Source: Tubulanus polymorphus (taxonomy: Eukaryota > Animalia > Nemertea). Taken from it: a DNA stretch of 64,000 bases. The notes below the pieces were generated by a model. That model saw nothing but the letters and a program-made list of their open reading frames with translations. It had not been told where the DNA came from and did not search any database. Shown here piece after piece: positions 24,056-37,234 of the stretch. Both the position numbers and the translations under genes were made by a program. The stretch covers positions 975,355 through 1,039,354 of the forward strand of contig NC_134030.1 of NCBI RefSeq assembly GCF_964204645.1, written 5' to 3'. Every line of letters begins with the position of its first letter. Positions within the stretch are counted from its first letter, which is position 1.

Positions 24056-27000
24056 ATGGAACAGCGACTGAGAGCGTGGTTTATAGCGTCGCTGATCGTC
24101 TGTCAAGTTCGCATCGCACACGCTGATCGCGCGGACTCAACCGAGGAATCGTCTGTGATGGTTACTTCGTCTTGTAACAATACTTGGTACCCGGTCGATT
24201 CTAAGTCCGGTTACATCGTTTCACCGAATTATCCGTTGTTAACGCGCGGTGTTGACTGTGGTTGGTTCATCAACTGCTCTTTACCGGGAACTTTTCACGT
24301 CCAAGTTTACTTCAATATTGAGCCGTCAATATTCTGTAGTGATAACTACCTTCTCGTCGGTGAGTCCGATAACAGATTCTGCGGCGATGGAAAACATGAA
24401 ATCAGTCGCAAAGATTCGATCTCGTTGATGTTTAGGACTAAGGTCGATGGTGCGCGGGATAGTCGAGTTTATATCATATATCGCCATGAACGAAGCCGAT
24501 TGAAAATTAGTCACAAATGCAGCAATTATTATGTCCAATTGACTAAATTGCCAACATCGTGGGGATACAAATACAACATAGGCCTGCTAAGGAATTGCCG
24601 GCTGTTCTTGGAATGGGTCGGGATGCCAGATGATTTTGGTTTTAATTTGACTTTCACGGAAGTAGATTTCAGGGAACGCTCAATTTCGGTGACGGCAGCT
24701 AAAATCTACGACGGATGGAACAGCAGCAGTGAACCTATAGGTCTTATACGAGAACAAACCGGACATCCACCTTCATCATTCTATACTAAAACGAATAAAG
24801 CCATTTTATCTTCGACAAATCCTCAACAGTATCTTCGATCAGTGCTGTTAATTCAGATGTATAAAATATCAGATTGGAACGTCTCTAATCCGTTAATTCA
24901 AATCTCTAATAATCAGTCTGGAGTGCTCATTCCTGATGACAACAGTTTACACGTAATAACTCGATCAAAACACTTACACTGCTGGTCTATCACAGTGCAA
25001 GTGTTACAGTACGTCGTCTTCAACTGGACACGTGATCTCAGCACATCCGGTGATGTCATTGGTATATATAAACTAGAAGGGTTACGCGTTGTAGGAACTG
25101 ATATTTTACTCGGTTACAACCACCTGGAATCACTGAGTGTCAAATCTGAAGGCTTTCTCGTCGTACTGTGCGTTCTTTTAAGAGATGAAGTTATTATGTC
25201 GATCGTAGAAATATTTTACAAAGTAAATTCGCTATCGATAGATGATTTGGATGTTTCCAAATCGACGGTAAGTATTTCATAAGTTATCAAAAGATTTCAG
25301 ATAGTTATTTCCATGAATTAAATTGCGTTAAAAGAATTGACTTCTATGATCAAAATGAAAATAGAATTTCTAATATAGGTAGCTATAACGTAGGTTATAA
25401 ATGTTGAATTTCTAAAAGCTATGCTCCAATTCAAACTGTTGTTGATATTCATACTTACAAATAAATACAACGAGACAAGTAGTACTTTATAAGTGTAACT
25501 AGTTTAGCACGAACTTGCGCTACTATAGCTTCATCAGGCGAATGAGTGAATGAGATGTGACGTGTTTGACAGAGAGTGAGCACAAACCTGAACACAGACA
25601 CTATAGTAGCAGCTTCATCGGGAAAATGAGTCGAGTTCATGTAGAAACAATGCAGTATTTCAAAGGGCATTCCGTCCTGTGTTTCTCCAATGAATTTACT
25701 CATTCGCCTGATCAAGCTACCCTATATTAGTAACGAAAGCTCGTGCGTCTAATAAACTAGTCACACCTATAAATTACTATCCATCTCGTTGTTTCTATTC
25801 TACACCCGGTTAACACCAGGCTACTTTAAGAATGTATTTCAATATGAATGTTTATAATGTGATAATTGACGATGGAATTATTACAGATCCAGATCCCCAA
25901 TGAATGCAGGTACTCATACGCACTATTGCCGTTGCTGAATAGAAAAACGTTCACGTATCGGGTGACTACACATCGGTTGAAATGGCGAGTGGATATCACC
26001 GAAAAACAATTCGAACTTACCGTCTTATCAGGAAACTGTGAGCGAGCTGGATTTTACATATACGACGGTGGTAATTTCACAGCTAGACGTTACGGTCCGT
26101 ATTGTCCAGGTTTGAACAGATACGACCGCAACATCGTCAGTCTGATTACATCAGGTGGACCGGTTACTGTGTTAGCATACGCTTATAACTGGGACGGTCA
26201 GTTAACAATCCATAAGAAACTTTCGCAATGTATCATGTTTCAACCTACTGACTGTGACGGGTATGTTTTGAAGGAGGGAGAAAGTCAGATCAATATGACG
26301 TCACACTGTGTCGTGATAACACCTGAAAACCGGCGCCTTCCTTTGAGAAAAATTTATATATTATCAGAACACGAATATCAAATTGCCGAATGTCTCCCGG
26401 AACATGTAACCTATTTATCGTGCAATATGGATATCAGAGCGAGCCTTATCAAAGGTGATACAATCAAGAGAAATTTAGTATTAAACGAGGTTACATTAAA
26501 AAGTTCTTATTCATTTTTGGGTAATCCCCTAATACTGAAACTGAGACAAAAGTGCCTGGAAGTTAAAAAGAAGCCTGACAGGGCAAACGACTTGTGTGGA
26601 CTGATACAGTCACCGAACTACCCGGCACCCGCGGGTTCCACTGTTCAGACTAAATACTATGCGGTTTATTATAAATATGATTATAGACGATTTCGTTACT
26701 ACAGATTCATGATAAAATACTTTGAACCGATTGAATGCGTTAAAAGATCCCGACTTGATAAAGATCCAGTCTTGTTCGTAGAACGTATGAAAGATGTCGA
26801 ACACACTCTAACAATCTGTGGACGTCACTCGGGGCATACGCTTTTTAGTCTTTCGAGTTATGAACATAATTTCCGAGTGAAAGACAGAATCCCAACGTTT
26901 CAAATACAATATGTTCTTGAGGAATCGTTACCAATAAAAGAGTCCGACAATGAGTGTGAAGTTGCTTTTCTAGATTCGGGAATTTCCTGCATAAAATATA

Positions 27001-30000
27001 TCAGAGATAAACGTCTGAATTGGGAGAACGCTGAATTGTATTGTAGACAGAAGTACGCGGGGCATCTACTCAGTATCAACTCAGAACAGGAGATGATTTC
27101 TATTAAAACATTATTCGCTACGAAACTACTTCTTGATGCATATTCACAGGAAGCGCTTATAATGATGATTGGATTGAAACTACAGGTAAATTATATCAAA
27201 TAAGGATGTAAAATGCAGGTTTCGTTATATATGATATAAATCGACGACACATTACCTACACTTTCAAAATTCTGGACCCAGCTCCGCAGATGTGAGTTAA
27301 GATTTGGTTCAGAGTTTACACATTGAAAATGAACTGATTTTAAATCAGAGCTTACTCACAACTGTGGAACTGATCTGAGAATTTATAACTAAGGATCCCA
27401 TGATTTTCGATATCACGATTTCACAATATTGTTTGTACTTATTATATTATGTTCTATTCTAGTTGAAAACTGGTAATTATTTATGGTCTGACGGGAAACC
27501 GATGAGTTATACAGAGTGGTATATACCTACAAATAACGACACGATACCAGAAGTTATTCAAGGATTGATATCTCCTTTAAGAAAACAACCAGTGAGTAAC
27601 GTTAATATGCCGTGTACGGCGATGATACTGAATAATCCACGAGGATCAGCGAACTGGATTAGATTTCCCTGCGGAATCGAAGAGGTTCACACGAGTTTCA
27701 TTTGTGAATCGGAAATAGTTGACAATAAAACTCGAAGGAAACTAGAAGTTGAGACATCAAATTCTACAAATCAAGACAAACTTTTTCCACGGGAAACTGC
27801 ATTTAAAACCACAAGTTTCGATGACTCGAGTTGTACGATTGGTTGGGTAAGCATGAATAAACGATGCATTCAAATATTGACGGACTGGAACAAACATCGC
27901 TCATTAGATATAGATAGTGCGACAGAAATGTGTCGTGGCATCCGTGGTGAAATAGGCGCAATAGTAAGTCACACTGATATAGAAATTATAAACTTAATAC
28001 AAACATTTCACTATCAACATCAATATGGCTCAATACTGGCGATGGCTGCTAATGGTGGACTGCTGGTTATAAATCCAATAATCACTAGAGATGAAATTAC
28101 TCATGTTCAATCAGTTAAATGGACGATTAATCGGTTTGAAAATGTAACAGATACAGCGCATTCTGTTTTGTGTTCTTACAATGTAACTGGTGAAGAGTTA
28201 GCTTCTATAAGCGGTTGTAAATCGTGGCAGTTTAAATGTAACGATCAAAGATGTATCAGCGACCATCGCGTATGTGACACCAGAAATGACTGTCAACACG
28301 GTGAAGATGAACTTAATTGCTCGGACATCAATTTACATAGTCAGTTTCACTGCTCTGATGGTCAGGTTATATCAATCAGTGGTTTCTGTGATTTCATTCA
28401 GGACTGCGTGGATGGTTCTGATGAGAACTCGTGTTTTCATTCCGCATGTTTGTCCGAACAATTTCGCTGTAGCAGTGGTCAATGTGTGAGTAGGTTTAAA
28501 AGATGTGACGGAGTTACGAATTGTAAGGACGGCTCCGATGAGAAGGAATGCGCCGCTGAACTGTGTCAGGGATTTCTGTGTAACAGTGGAGACTGTATCA
28601 GTGTTCAGTTGTATCAGGATGGTGTCGTGGATTGCAGTGGAAGCCTAGAAGAGGATGAGTTAGTAACTATTGTTACAGTGAATCCTATGGTTCTTTGCAA
28701 CGATGGAAACCAATGTTCGACTAACTTCACAAATCTCTGCATAGAATCTGATGAACAAAGGTGTTCTTTCGATTCTCCTCATTGTTATTCAAGACGTCAC
28801 AGATGTATTCTAGAAAGAATGACGAATGGTTACCCAGTTTGTAGAAATCTTGAGCATGTATTGAGATGTGAAGAATTTGAATGTCCAGCTGGTACTGTGA
28901 AATGTCCAGCATCGTACTGTATACCAATCGGGCAGGTGTGCGATGGTCAATCAGATTGCCCTAATTCAGAAGATGAGCAAAACTGCGAGACATTTTCATG
29001 TCCAGGAATGTTTAAATGTGGTCAGGAAAATCGATGTATTCCACAATCCGAAGTTTGTGATGGTGTCGTAAATTGTAAACATACAATCGATGACGAGGCT
29101 TTCTGTAACGTCGCGTGTCCTAGAGGCTGTCAATGTCAAGGTCATCGGATTGATTGTGGAAATACTGGTTTATCAAATATAACTCGACTTTTCTCGGCAT
29201 CAACTCGAGTTTTAATTTTGTCCGATAACCACATTTTCGTGGATAAGTTGACGTTTGTTTCATACGGCTATCTGCGTATCCTCAACATCTCCTCAAATGA
29301 ATTAACTTTTATTCTACCAGAGTCGTTCAAAAATCTGCATAATCTACATACATTAGACCTTACACATAACAATATAACATTATTATCCGCGGATACATTC
29401 AACGGTTTGCATAGATTAAAAGAGTTATTCATAACTGAAAATCCAATTCGTTACTTGCAACCAGACAGTTTCCGAGGTTTGAGGTCACTCGAAATGTTGG
29501 ATCTTCATGGACTTCTGATATTGATGCTTTCTAAACATGTTTTTATGGGTTTATCTTCATTACAAACGTTGAATATCAGCAGTAACAGAATCAACTATAT
29601 TTCACTTTACGCATTTTCTGGCTTAACTTCACTTGTAAGTCTTGATATGATGCACAATTATAAAGTTATTTCTGCCAACAGAAATCTTTTCGACAATCTG
29701 ACATCGTTGGTCTCCCTGGCATCCGATGCTTACAAATTTTGCTGCATGGCTCCGAATGTTGACCAGTGCCTTCCCGAAGCTGATCAATTTTCCTCCTGTT
29801 CTGATCTGATGGGTAACACAGTCCTCAGAGCTATCATCTGGGTGATCGCTTCATTCAGTTTTTTCGCTAACGGAATCGTCATTTCTCTTCGTGTTCGAGC
29901 GATTCGATTCTCCTCCTCAAATCCATCCTCAGACATCATCATCATCAATGTTGCTGTGTGTGATTTTATGATGTCTATATATTTGTTTCTGATCGCTGGA

Positions 30001-30714
30001 ACCGATTACATTTATAAAGGTAACTACTTTCTCCATTCTGAATCATGGACGGACAGTTTGTTTTGTCGTCTTGCTGGAATCGTGGTGTCTATTTCTTGCG
30101 AAGGATCATTGACATTTTTGCTCGTCATGACGCGTCATAGATTTTCAAACATTGTTAATCCATTTTCTGGAAGTCCAATAACATCTCCGAGACATGTGTC
30201 CGTTATATGCTGTCTATGTTGGATTTACTTGTGCACTATTGCTACACTACCTCTTGTCCCTCTCCCTTATTTTGGACGTAACTTCTACGGAACTACAGGA
30301 GTTTGTTTACCTATGAATTTAATTTCAATTGATGTCAATGCCTGGCAATATTCATTCGTGATTTTTGCTGTATTTAACTCAGTCCTACTTGGTACAATAA
30401 TGGCAACTTACGCGCAAATGTACAGACTCGTTTCTGGAAGCAGGTCCGGTTCGGGCAGAGCTGATCCGACCGAACTGATTTTAGCACGCAGGAGTTTGGT
30501 GATAAATCTTTGTAATCTATTTTGCTGGATGCCGTTAATTACCGTTCAGGTTTGCGCAGTTTTCCGGGTAGAAATACCGAATCAAGTGGCGGCTTGGCTG
30601 GCGGTACTGTTCCTACCGATCAACTCGTCACTGAATCCCCTGCTTTACACAATACTGACTATCGATATGAAATCCATACTAGCTAAAACTAAACGCAGGC
30701 AACATAGGAAATAA
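24056..30714 (+). CDS. GRL101-like leucine-rich-repeat GPCR with CUB, C-type lectin and LDLa ectodomain, about 1920 aa
   Basis: Three phase-0 exons: 24056-25267 (donor GTAAGT), 25887-27185 (TTACAG / GTAAAT), 27463-30714 (TTCTAG). Signal peptide; CUB-like repeats (SGYIVSPNYP, CGLIQSPNYP, IYDG); CTLD (WENAELYC...GHLLSI...IGL...YLWSDG...FICE); about 7 LDLa repeats; LRRNT CPRGCQC; about 7-8 LRRs; hinge FCC...CLP..DQFSSCSDLM; 7TM with GVCLP, CWMP and NSSLNPLLY. Confidence 0.9.
27273..27376. mobile_element. MITE in intron 2 of the GRL101-like gene (same family as 17956-18068, reversed)
   Basis: GGACCCAGCTCCGCAG...CAACTGTGGAACTG; interior is the reverse complement of the 17956 copy. Confidence 0.6.
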
Positions 30715-30791
30715 TGAATGAATATCTTCATCTTTTAATTAATTAATTTTTTATTAGGTTCAACTGTTAGAGGTATATGAAGAGCTTGAAA

Positions 30792-31751
30792 TCACTGGTT
30801 ATTTTTGAGTGAATTTCTGCAGCGGATTTTCATACAGAAATATTCACGAATTTCTCGTCCCAGTAAAAGATATATGTAGAAATTTATCACATAGTTCCAC
30901 ATTTGAATTTGATTGAAAATGTCGAACAGAAATTCACTCTGTTCTGGTGGGATTGGTAACAATGAATTAATAGTGTTTGGAAGTGTAAATATTGCAAATG
31001 CGAGTGAGACTGTAACGAGCATTATTGTTGTACGTTTTGATTTCGTAGTTTTCTGATCGGACGATACCATTTTTGAACTTCTGAATAACTGAATTATTAT
31101 AATTACGTTTGATGTTAGGATCAAAGATAAAGGCAGAACGAAAACGTGAATGACGAATAAGGCAAAATATATTCTTTGGTCAGATAATTCGTAGAAACAC
31201 CCAAAAGACTGGTCAGTAAAATGTATCGAAAAAATAGGGCTTAGATATAGAATCAGTACATTAACTGCAATAATTATGAATATAACAAATCTAGCGAATT
31301 TCGGGGTGCATATCAAACGAGATGTGAACGGGAAGAGAACAACTGCCGCACGTTCTAGAGATATCGCTACTATTAACCACGAACTATTCCAGCCGGAAAG
31401 TGCTATTGCAAATTCATAGATTTGACAACTGATCAGTGAATTCATCAGGTATATTGGACCATCTTTAACGTGCAAGAGAACAAACTGTAAAGCAGGCATC
31501 AGAGTATAATTGATGTGATACATCGAATCGCTGAGAGATAAAACTATCAGATAGTTAGCGTAAGATAAACTGCGGAATCTACGACTTATCATTATCAGGA
31601 AAGTAGCCGAATTTCCAAACACTCCAAACAAGAACAATGTAGGCAGAATGACCAGTGACACTGTGAGATAAATTCCAGATCTGTTCACTACGGACATTAG
31701 AGCGATGTAACTGCTGTACGTTCGACCAATTGGCATCTGAGTAGAATTCAT
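30792..31751 (-). CDS. Intronless class A (rhodopsin-like) GPCR, invertebrate peptide-receptor-like (FMRFamide-receptor-like expansion type)
   Basis: 319-aa ORF with seven hydrophobic segments: GVFGN (TM1), LSLSD (TM2), SWLIVAISLER (TM3; ERA in place of DRY), CTPKFA, FVLP (TM5), FAIFTLP (TM6), NYVINFYIY (TM7). Ligand not assignable. Confidence 0.88.
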   Translation of the reverse strand: MNSTQMPIGRTYSSYIALMSVVNRSGIYLTVSLVILPTLFLFGVFGNSATFLIMISRRFRSLSYANYLIVLSLSDSMYHINYTLMPALQFVLLHVKDGPIYLMNSLISCQIYEFAIALSGWNSSWLIVAISLERAAVVLFPFTSRLICTPKFARFVIFIIIAVNVLILYLSPIFSIHFTDQSFGCFYELSDQRIYFALFVIHVFVLPLSLILTSNVIIIIQLFRSSKMVSSDQKTTKSKRTTIMLVTVSLAFAIFTLPNTINSLLPIPPEQSEFLFDIFNQIQMWNYVINFYIYLLLGREIREYFCMKIRCRNSLKNNQ

Positions 31752-32150
31752 GATTTACGATAACGACCTGTTTTAGGTGTGAACTGACTCTATATCAATA
31801 GAATGATGCAAATTAAAGCCATCTCATATTTATCAGAGCTCATTGTTCGCATCAAATGAAAAATCAATTCTTAGAAAGAATTTATACAGATTTTGTGAAA
31901 TTTTGATATCTATGTAAATATGAACGTAACTAAATTAGACGTCAATATTCGTTGTACAACAATTCATTGTAAATGTTGAAATATGTTACAGTTGAAAATC
32001 TGAACAGGGTGGAAAATGTTTGCACAATATCAATTCGTTCTGCGAGGACAGAATGAAATCACAATGAATGTCATACCTGTAAGCAGGACAATAACACACC
32101 CGTGGCTCGATGGGGTTGAACAATGATGATTTCATATAGCATCCGTACTT

Positions 32151-32390
32151 CTCTGAATCAGTGTCACTTATTACTGGGTTCGAACCTGGGACACCCCTGT
32201 ACATCATCTATTCAGCATCAGGACCACTCTGAATCAGTGTCAGTAATTACTGGGTTCGAACCTGGGACACCACTGTACATCTTCTATACAGCATCAGGGC
32301 CACTCTGAATCAGTGTCAGTAATTGCTGGATTCGAACCCGGGACACCCCTGTTCATCCTCTATTCAGCATCAGTACCACTGCTGAATCGC
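32151..32390. repeat. 76-bp tandem repeat (3+ copies) containing a Pol III B-box-like motif
   Basis: Units start at 32151, 32227 and 32303; each has GG(T/A)TTCGAACC. Confidence 0.8.
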
Positions 32391-32598
32391 TCTGAATCTG
32401 TGTACATTCTGATGGGACATTCGTTTATCATCACATTTGAGAATACGCATCGATTTGGAAAATCCTGAAAACGGCGTCAATCTCAGTGTGTAATTGGGAA
32501 ATTTCCCATCGGATGAGCCACTATTTAGTTCATAAAAATTCCGCTGCCGTTTTTTTGTAGCGGCAGCACCGAACGGTTGAGACATATTGCACTTGTTC

Positions 32599-32827
32599 AA
32601 TTCTACTGTGGCATGTGAGGAACACTAATAAGTCGAATTCGACCCCATCTATCAAAACTTAATGTTTGAAATAAATAATTTTATCAACGCAATGCCTTTA
32701 TTTTTTATTGATATGATTTTAAAATCAAATGTCAAGCCATTTTTTGTAGAACTCTTTCCTCAGCGAATGTATTAGTATTCGGTAAAGCGGCAGCGTAGTG
32801 ATGAGTCACATGCCACAGGAAGAATTT
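32599..32827. mobile_element. Possible MITE
   Basis: Inverted termini AATTCTACTGTGGCATGTGA / TCACATGCCACAGGAAGAATT about 230 bp apart. Confidence 0.4.
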
Positions 32828-33031
32828 AAAGCAAATTAAATTTTATTTTCAGATGATTTACAAAAATTTAATAATCGATATTTCACTAAGACACTACTTA
32901 AGTAACCTGTTATCGATCAGATGAACAGCTCTCGCAACTAGAATGCTCACCACAGGTCACCCAATGTGACCAAAAATAGATCAATCGTTTCAAAGATAAC
33001 TTAACGGTTGGTGCCGCACAGTCACCAGTGT

Positions 33032-33116
33032 GTAGTACGGTGGTTGAGTGGTTAGAGTTCTAGCCTATTCGGCATTAGGTACAGAGTTCGGAGCCGGGAC
33101 TATCGTCGATTTTTTA
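33032..33116 (+). mobile_element. tRNA-like SINE head or tRNA pseudogene
   Basis: GGTGGTTGAGTGGTTAG A-box, degenerate GAGTTCGGAGCC B-box, then T7. Cloverleaf not intact. Confidence 0.4.
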
Positions 33117-33550
33117 ACAAAAAATGTGCTGAACGTTATTCGTTATTTCATAAAATTATTAATAATTTTAATATAATCGTCATTTCAATATATTTGATAA
33201 ATGATTTTTGCCCTTAATGATTACTCCTTCTAATGGACCGCCTGCTGTGCACTAAAGTCTCACGACGATCCAATATTAAAAACCGTTAGACCGTTAATTC
33301 AAACTTTTGAATAACGTCACAGTTTCAAATCGATATATGAATAAGTACAACGTTGATTGAAAATTCTATCGAAAGCAGACGGGGAATAGAATGCGCATGA
33401 AACAGTAGTTGATTTATCGGCGCTGTCCGTCTGCTCCAACGCTTCAAACTGTCAAAAAATGCGGAACAAAAGAATACATTAATCATCACCTAGTAACCGA
33501 ATAAAACAACAGTGATCATCGTAATGTATCGCACGTTTCTCCACCAGTAG

Positions 33551-33564
33551 GTTTCCATGGTAAC
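33551..33564. promoter_or_regulatory. RFX X-box-like motif
   Basis: GTTTCCATGGTAAC matches the GTTNCCATGGNAAC consensus; function untested. Confidence 0.4.
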
Positions 33565-33961
33565 CGTAGCTGCTCAGTGATGCTGATGAGGCTGGAGAGG
33601 GATGCTATGTACTAACTGGGTTTATCACGACTGATCATACTGTGTGTTTCTTTGTTATTGGTTTTTTCTAATTCCGGTGGTTGTGGATGGCAAACACTTC
33701 CGACATGGCTTAATGTCATTCTGTTTCTGAAGGTGAGAACCGCGCGCAACAGACTGTGGATGCTGCTGCACTTAGTCTCTTGTGGTAACAATGATAACCG
33801 CCTCGCCCGGATAAACCGAGGCTTGGCCAGACGGCGAGGAGCACCAATATCCACCCAAAACAGCAGTGTAACAGGCCCCACAGAATGCCTAGGTCTCAGT
33901 TCTTCCACAGTTAGAGTTGGAGTTAACTCGGAACTCAGGATCCAGTTCCAGAGCTGTGAGT

Positions 33962-34240
33962 TAGAGAGAGAGAGGGAGAGGTGAGAGGGAGTGAGAGGAG
34001 GGAGACAAGGAGAGAAATCGTGAGAGAAAAAAGAGAGGTAGAGAGAGACAGAGGGAGAGAGGAGATGGGGAGAGAGGGGAGGGGAGGGGAGGGGGAGAGG
34101 GAGAGGTGGGAGACAAGGAGAGAAATGGGGAGAGACAAAAAAGAGAGGGAGACAGAGGGAGAGAGGAGAGGGAGGGAGAGAGGAGACGGAGAGAAAGGGA
34201 GGGAGAGAGGAGAGAGGAAAGTGAAAAGAGAGATAGAATG
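33962..34240. repeat. GA-rich low-complexity tract
   Basis: Purine-only degenerate (GA)n/(GGA)n. Confidence 0.9.
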
Positions 34241-37234
34241 ACTTCTGTGTAGGGGTTCATCAGTAAATCTAAACTGATCATTACTGCACTGTGTCTGGCG
34301 CCACTTCTAAGTGCTTCTCCTTATCATTTTACAATTAAGTCTCAGATATAAAAGTGGTTTCTCAAATTTAGCCGTCTTTCAGATGGTCACTTGATCTCAG
34401 ACAGATTAATGTTAATGAAACGTGACGCGACACTGTCGACGATCCGCGGGCGGTTGGGATTTGTTAAGGCGTCCTCGATTAGTTTTAGACCGATTTTTGC
34501 CTCCAGAAATAACGACCGAATAATATTCTAATGATTACACTGAGCGATGGCCTATTTGAATTGAAAGGTTCTTAGGCTTACTATATCAAATATAGACCCC
34601 CAAAATACCATTTAGGGATCTTAGGTTTAGTGACACCTATATGATATACTAAGCCTAAAAACCACAAACCTAAGACCTTCAGATATCTCGTGACACCCTG
34701 AGTGATGATATGCTTTTGAGTACGGTACCGTGGGCCTACGCTAGCTGGGCTCGTCACTCGTCAATTGAATCTGAGATGAAAAATATCGGAAATGGAATGA
34801 TTTAAAATCTAAATTCAAACTTGATTGATTTTATTGGAATTTGGTCAGCAGCGTCTCGCCGTAAATTGGGATTCGAACTCTCCAGGACACAGATTCGACC
34901 TAATAAGTCCATAGGTGACTTAGAATAAGTAGCTAACCTCAATCGATTGCCGCAGTAGGCTTTTTTTTATTCCTAGGTGTATTTAGACAGTGAACTCGTT
35001 TCCTAGGACAGAAAAGGTTTCCGACCTACCCTCACTACCCGGGGTCCCCTAATTCACCCCAGTCCTGCTAATTGACCACATCTACTATCCCCGGTTGCCA
35101 GGGTACAGCTCTCATACATATATCAGATTAACTGATAATTCAAGCTAATCTCACATTCTGAAACTGATATTAGTGAGATTTTTAAAAATCACCATGGCAA
35201 CACTATTAAAAAAACCGTACATCAATCATTAACAGTTCTTTTCATTTCAGTGATAAAATCTGTTGCTGCTGCTGCAGCTGCTGCAGCTACTGCACCTACT
35301 GCTGCTGCTGCTGCTACTGCAGCTACTGCAGCTACTGCTGCTGCTGCTGGTTCTAATGCCAGTTTGTAGTGATCAATTACTTTTACATAATGCAGTATTA
35401 AGTGTAATGAAATTCAAAGATGCTCTGGTTACAAGCATGCTTCAGTTTCTGATCGGACCATGCCATCTCTCTTTTTATGACTGGATGCATTTTTAGAAAC
35501 TTTACGGCATTAATTTGAATGAATAGATAGTTTACGGTAAACAGTTCAGCGGCTGTGATTAATACAAGTCTCAAGTCACCGTCTATTGTTAACTTTATTG
35601 CTACTTATAATTTACGAATCATCGACACGCGAGACATAAGCATACCAGAAACAGCGATGTGTCGGTGCAGAGAATACAGTACCCCACCAGGAGAACCCAG
35701 CCTTTAGTCGTCGGACCACAGGAAAACTGCGGGCAGAAATTGGTCTTCAGTCTTCGAACTGCTGGAGTTGTTTTCAGTGAAAGTATACACACAGAAAGTG
35801 AGCCAATCAGACTGTCGCCACCCGCCACACACTAAACTGTATAACTATTAGTCTAGTATTGAATATCACCACATGGGGGCGCTTTCTCGTAAGTTGTGGG
35901 GGTGTGGATTAATTAACCGAGATTAGAATTAAGTGCCGGAGTAAATATGGAGTAAATATGGATTATTCATCGTCGAGTCAATAAAGTATGAATCATTTAA
36001 TAATTAAAAATGTACTCGCATTTCATAGAGAGTAACAATGAGTGGTTGCTAAGGTTGCCTGTATGCTGGTTGCTAGGTATAAGTGGCTGTTATATAGCGG
36101 ATATACTCTCTCATGTTCTCGTGTAGCGTAAGAGTGACACTTCAATTGATCAGCATTCAACAAAAAACCTGCGCCATAAAAAACAAGATTCCGATCGTGG
36201 CGTAGAGCTTCACCACAAACATGTCATTCCTCTTTTACACAACATAAATACATTTCACAATTATTTACTTCGATTTAAGCAAAAAAATCTGTAAACTCGA
36301 CCGCCGATCACACAACTATATCTGCACTTCGATTTCCAGTTTCAAAATCAAAGGAAATCTACCAATTAAACAAATAACACGGTCAATCCGTATACCTAAA
36401 ACACTCAAACTGCATTCGAAATTTATATCTGAAAATTATTTTATTATTATCATTTATTTATTGTATACAAAATGTTGCTTTTTCAAATGAACGAATGAAA
36501 TTCAAGGTTAAATTAAATTAAATCAACACAATGTAAGACAAATACTAGAAAACAAAATATCAAAATTGCGACATAATTTACGAGTGAAAATTCATTATCG
36601 ATATCATATTTTTCCTATTATCATTATTTCTACATTTCTATAATGACATAAAGTTTAAGCATCAATGAATTAAATACATTTTGAGAAGAAAATTTTTTAA
36701 ATCCTAATTCATTTTTTTTACACAAAGTTGACATGAATATAAAAAATTAATTTAATTACATTTTCATTATTAGTATCTAATTATAATTATGATAATGATG
36801 CATAGACTGAAAAACTGGGTTTAGCTGAAAAAGTCATAATTTATCGAAACATTTGTACACAGGTTTTTGTTTTTTAAATATTAGTAACAAACATGACACA
36901 GAAATCTGTGGTAGGCTTTAGTTTGACACATTGAAATCATGATTACAGATACTAAATGTTAGTTTATGTTATATTGTAACATCAAGAGAATATTTTTACA
37001 CTTTGTTTTGAACATTATTTGAGAATTTGATGAATCCAGTTCCATGGGGGTGAATCCAGTTCCACAGTTGTGAATCTAGTTCCACAGTTCTGGGTTCCAC
37101 TATTTTGAACCCCTTTCCATAATGACATTCAGTTAAGTTCAATTCGACAGAGTTGTAAATTCTAACAGAGCTGTCGGTTCAACGGTGAGTTCATTTCAAA
37201 ATACAAATTTACTGTTAAGTGAAATTCTACCCCA

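Noticed and set aside
33032-33116. Functional tRNA gene
   Set aside because: B-box/T-arm is degenerate and the acceptor stem does not pair; kept only as a SINE head or pseudogene.
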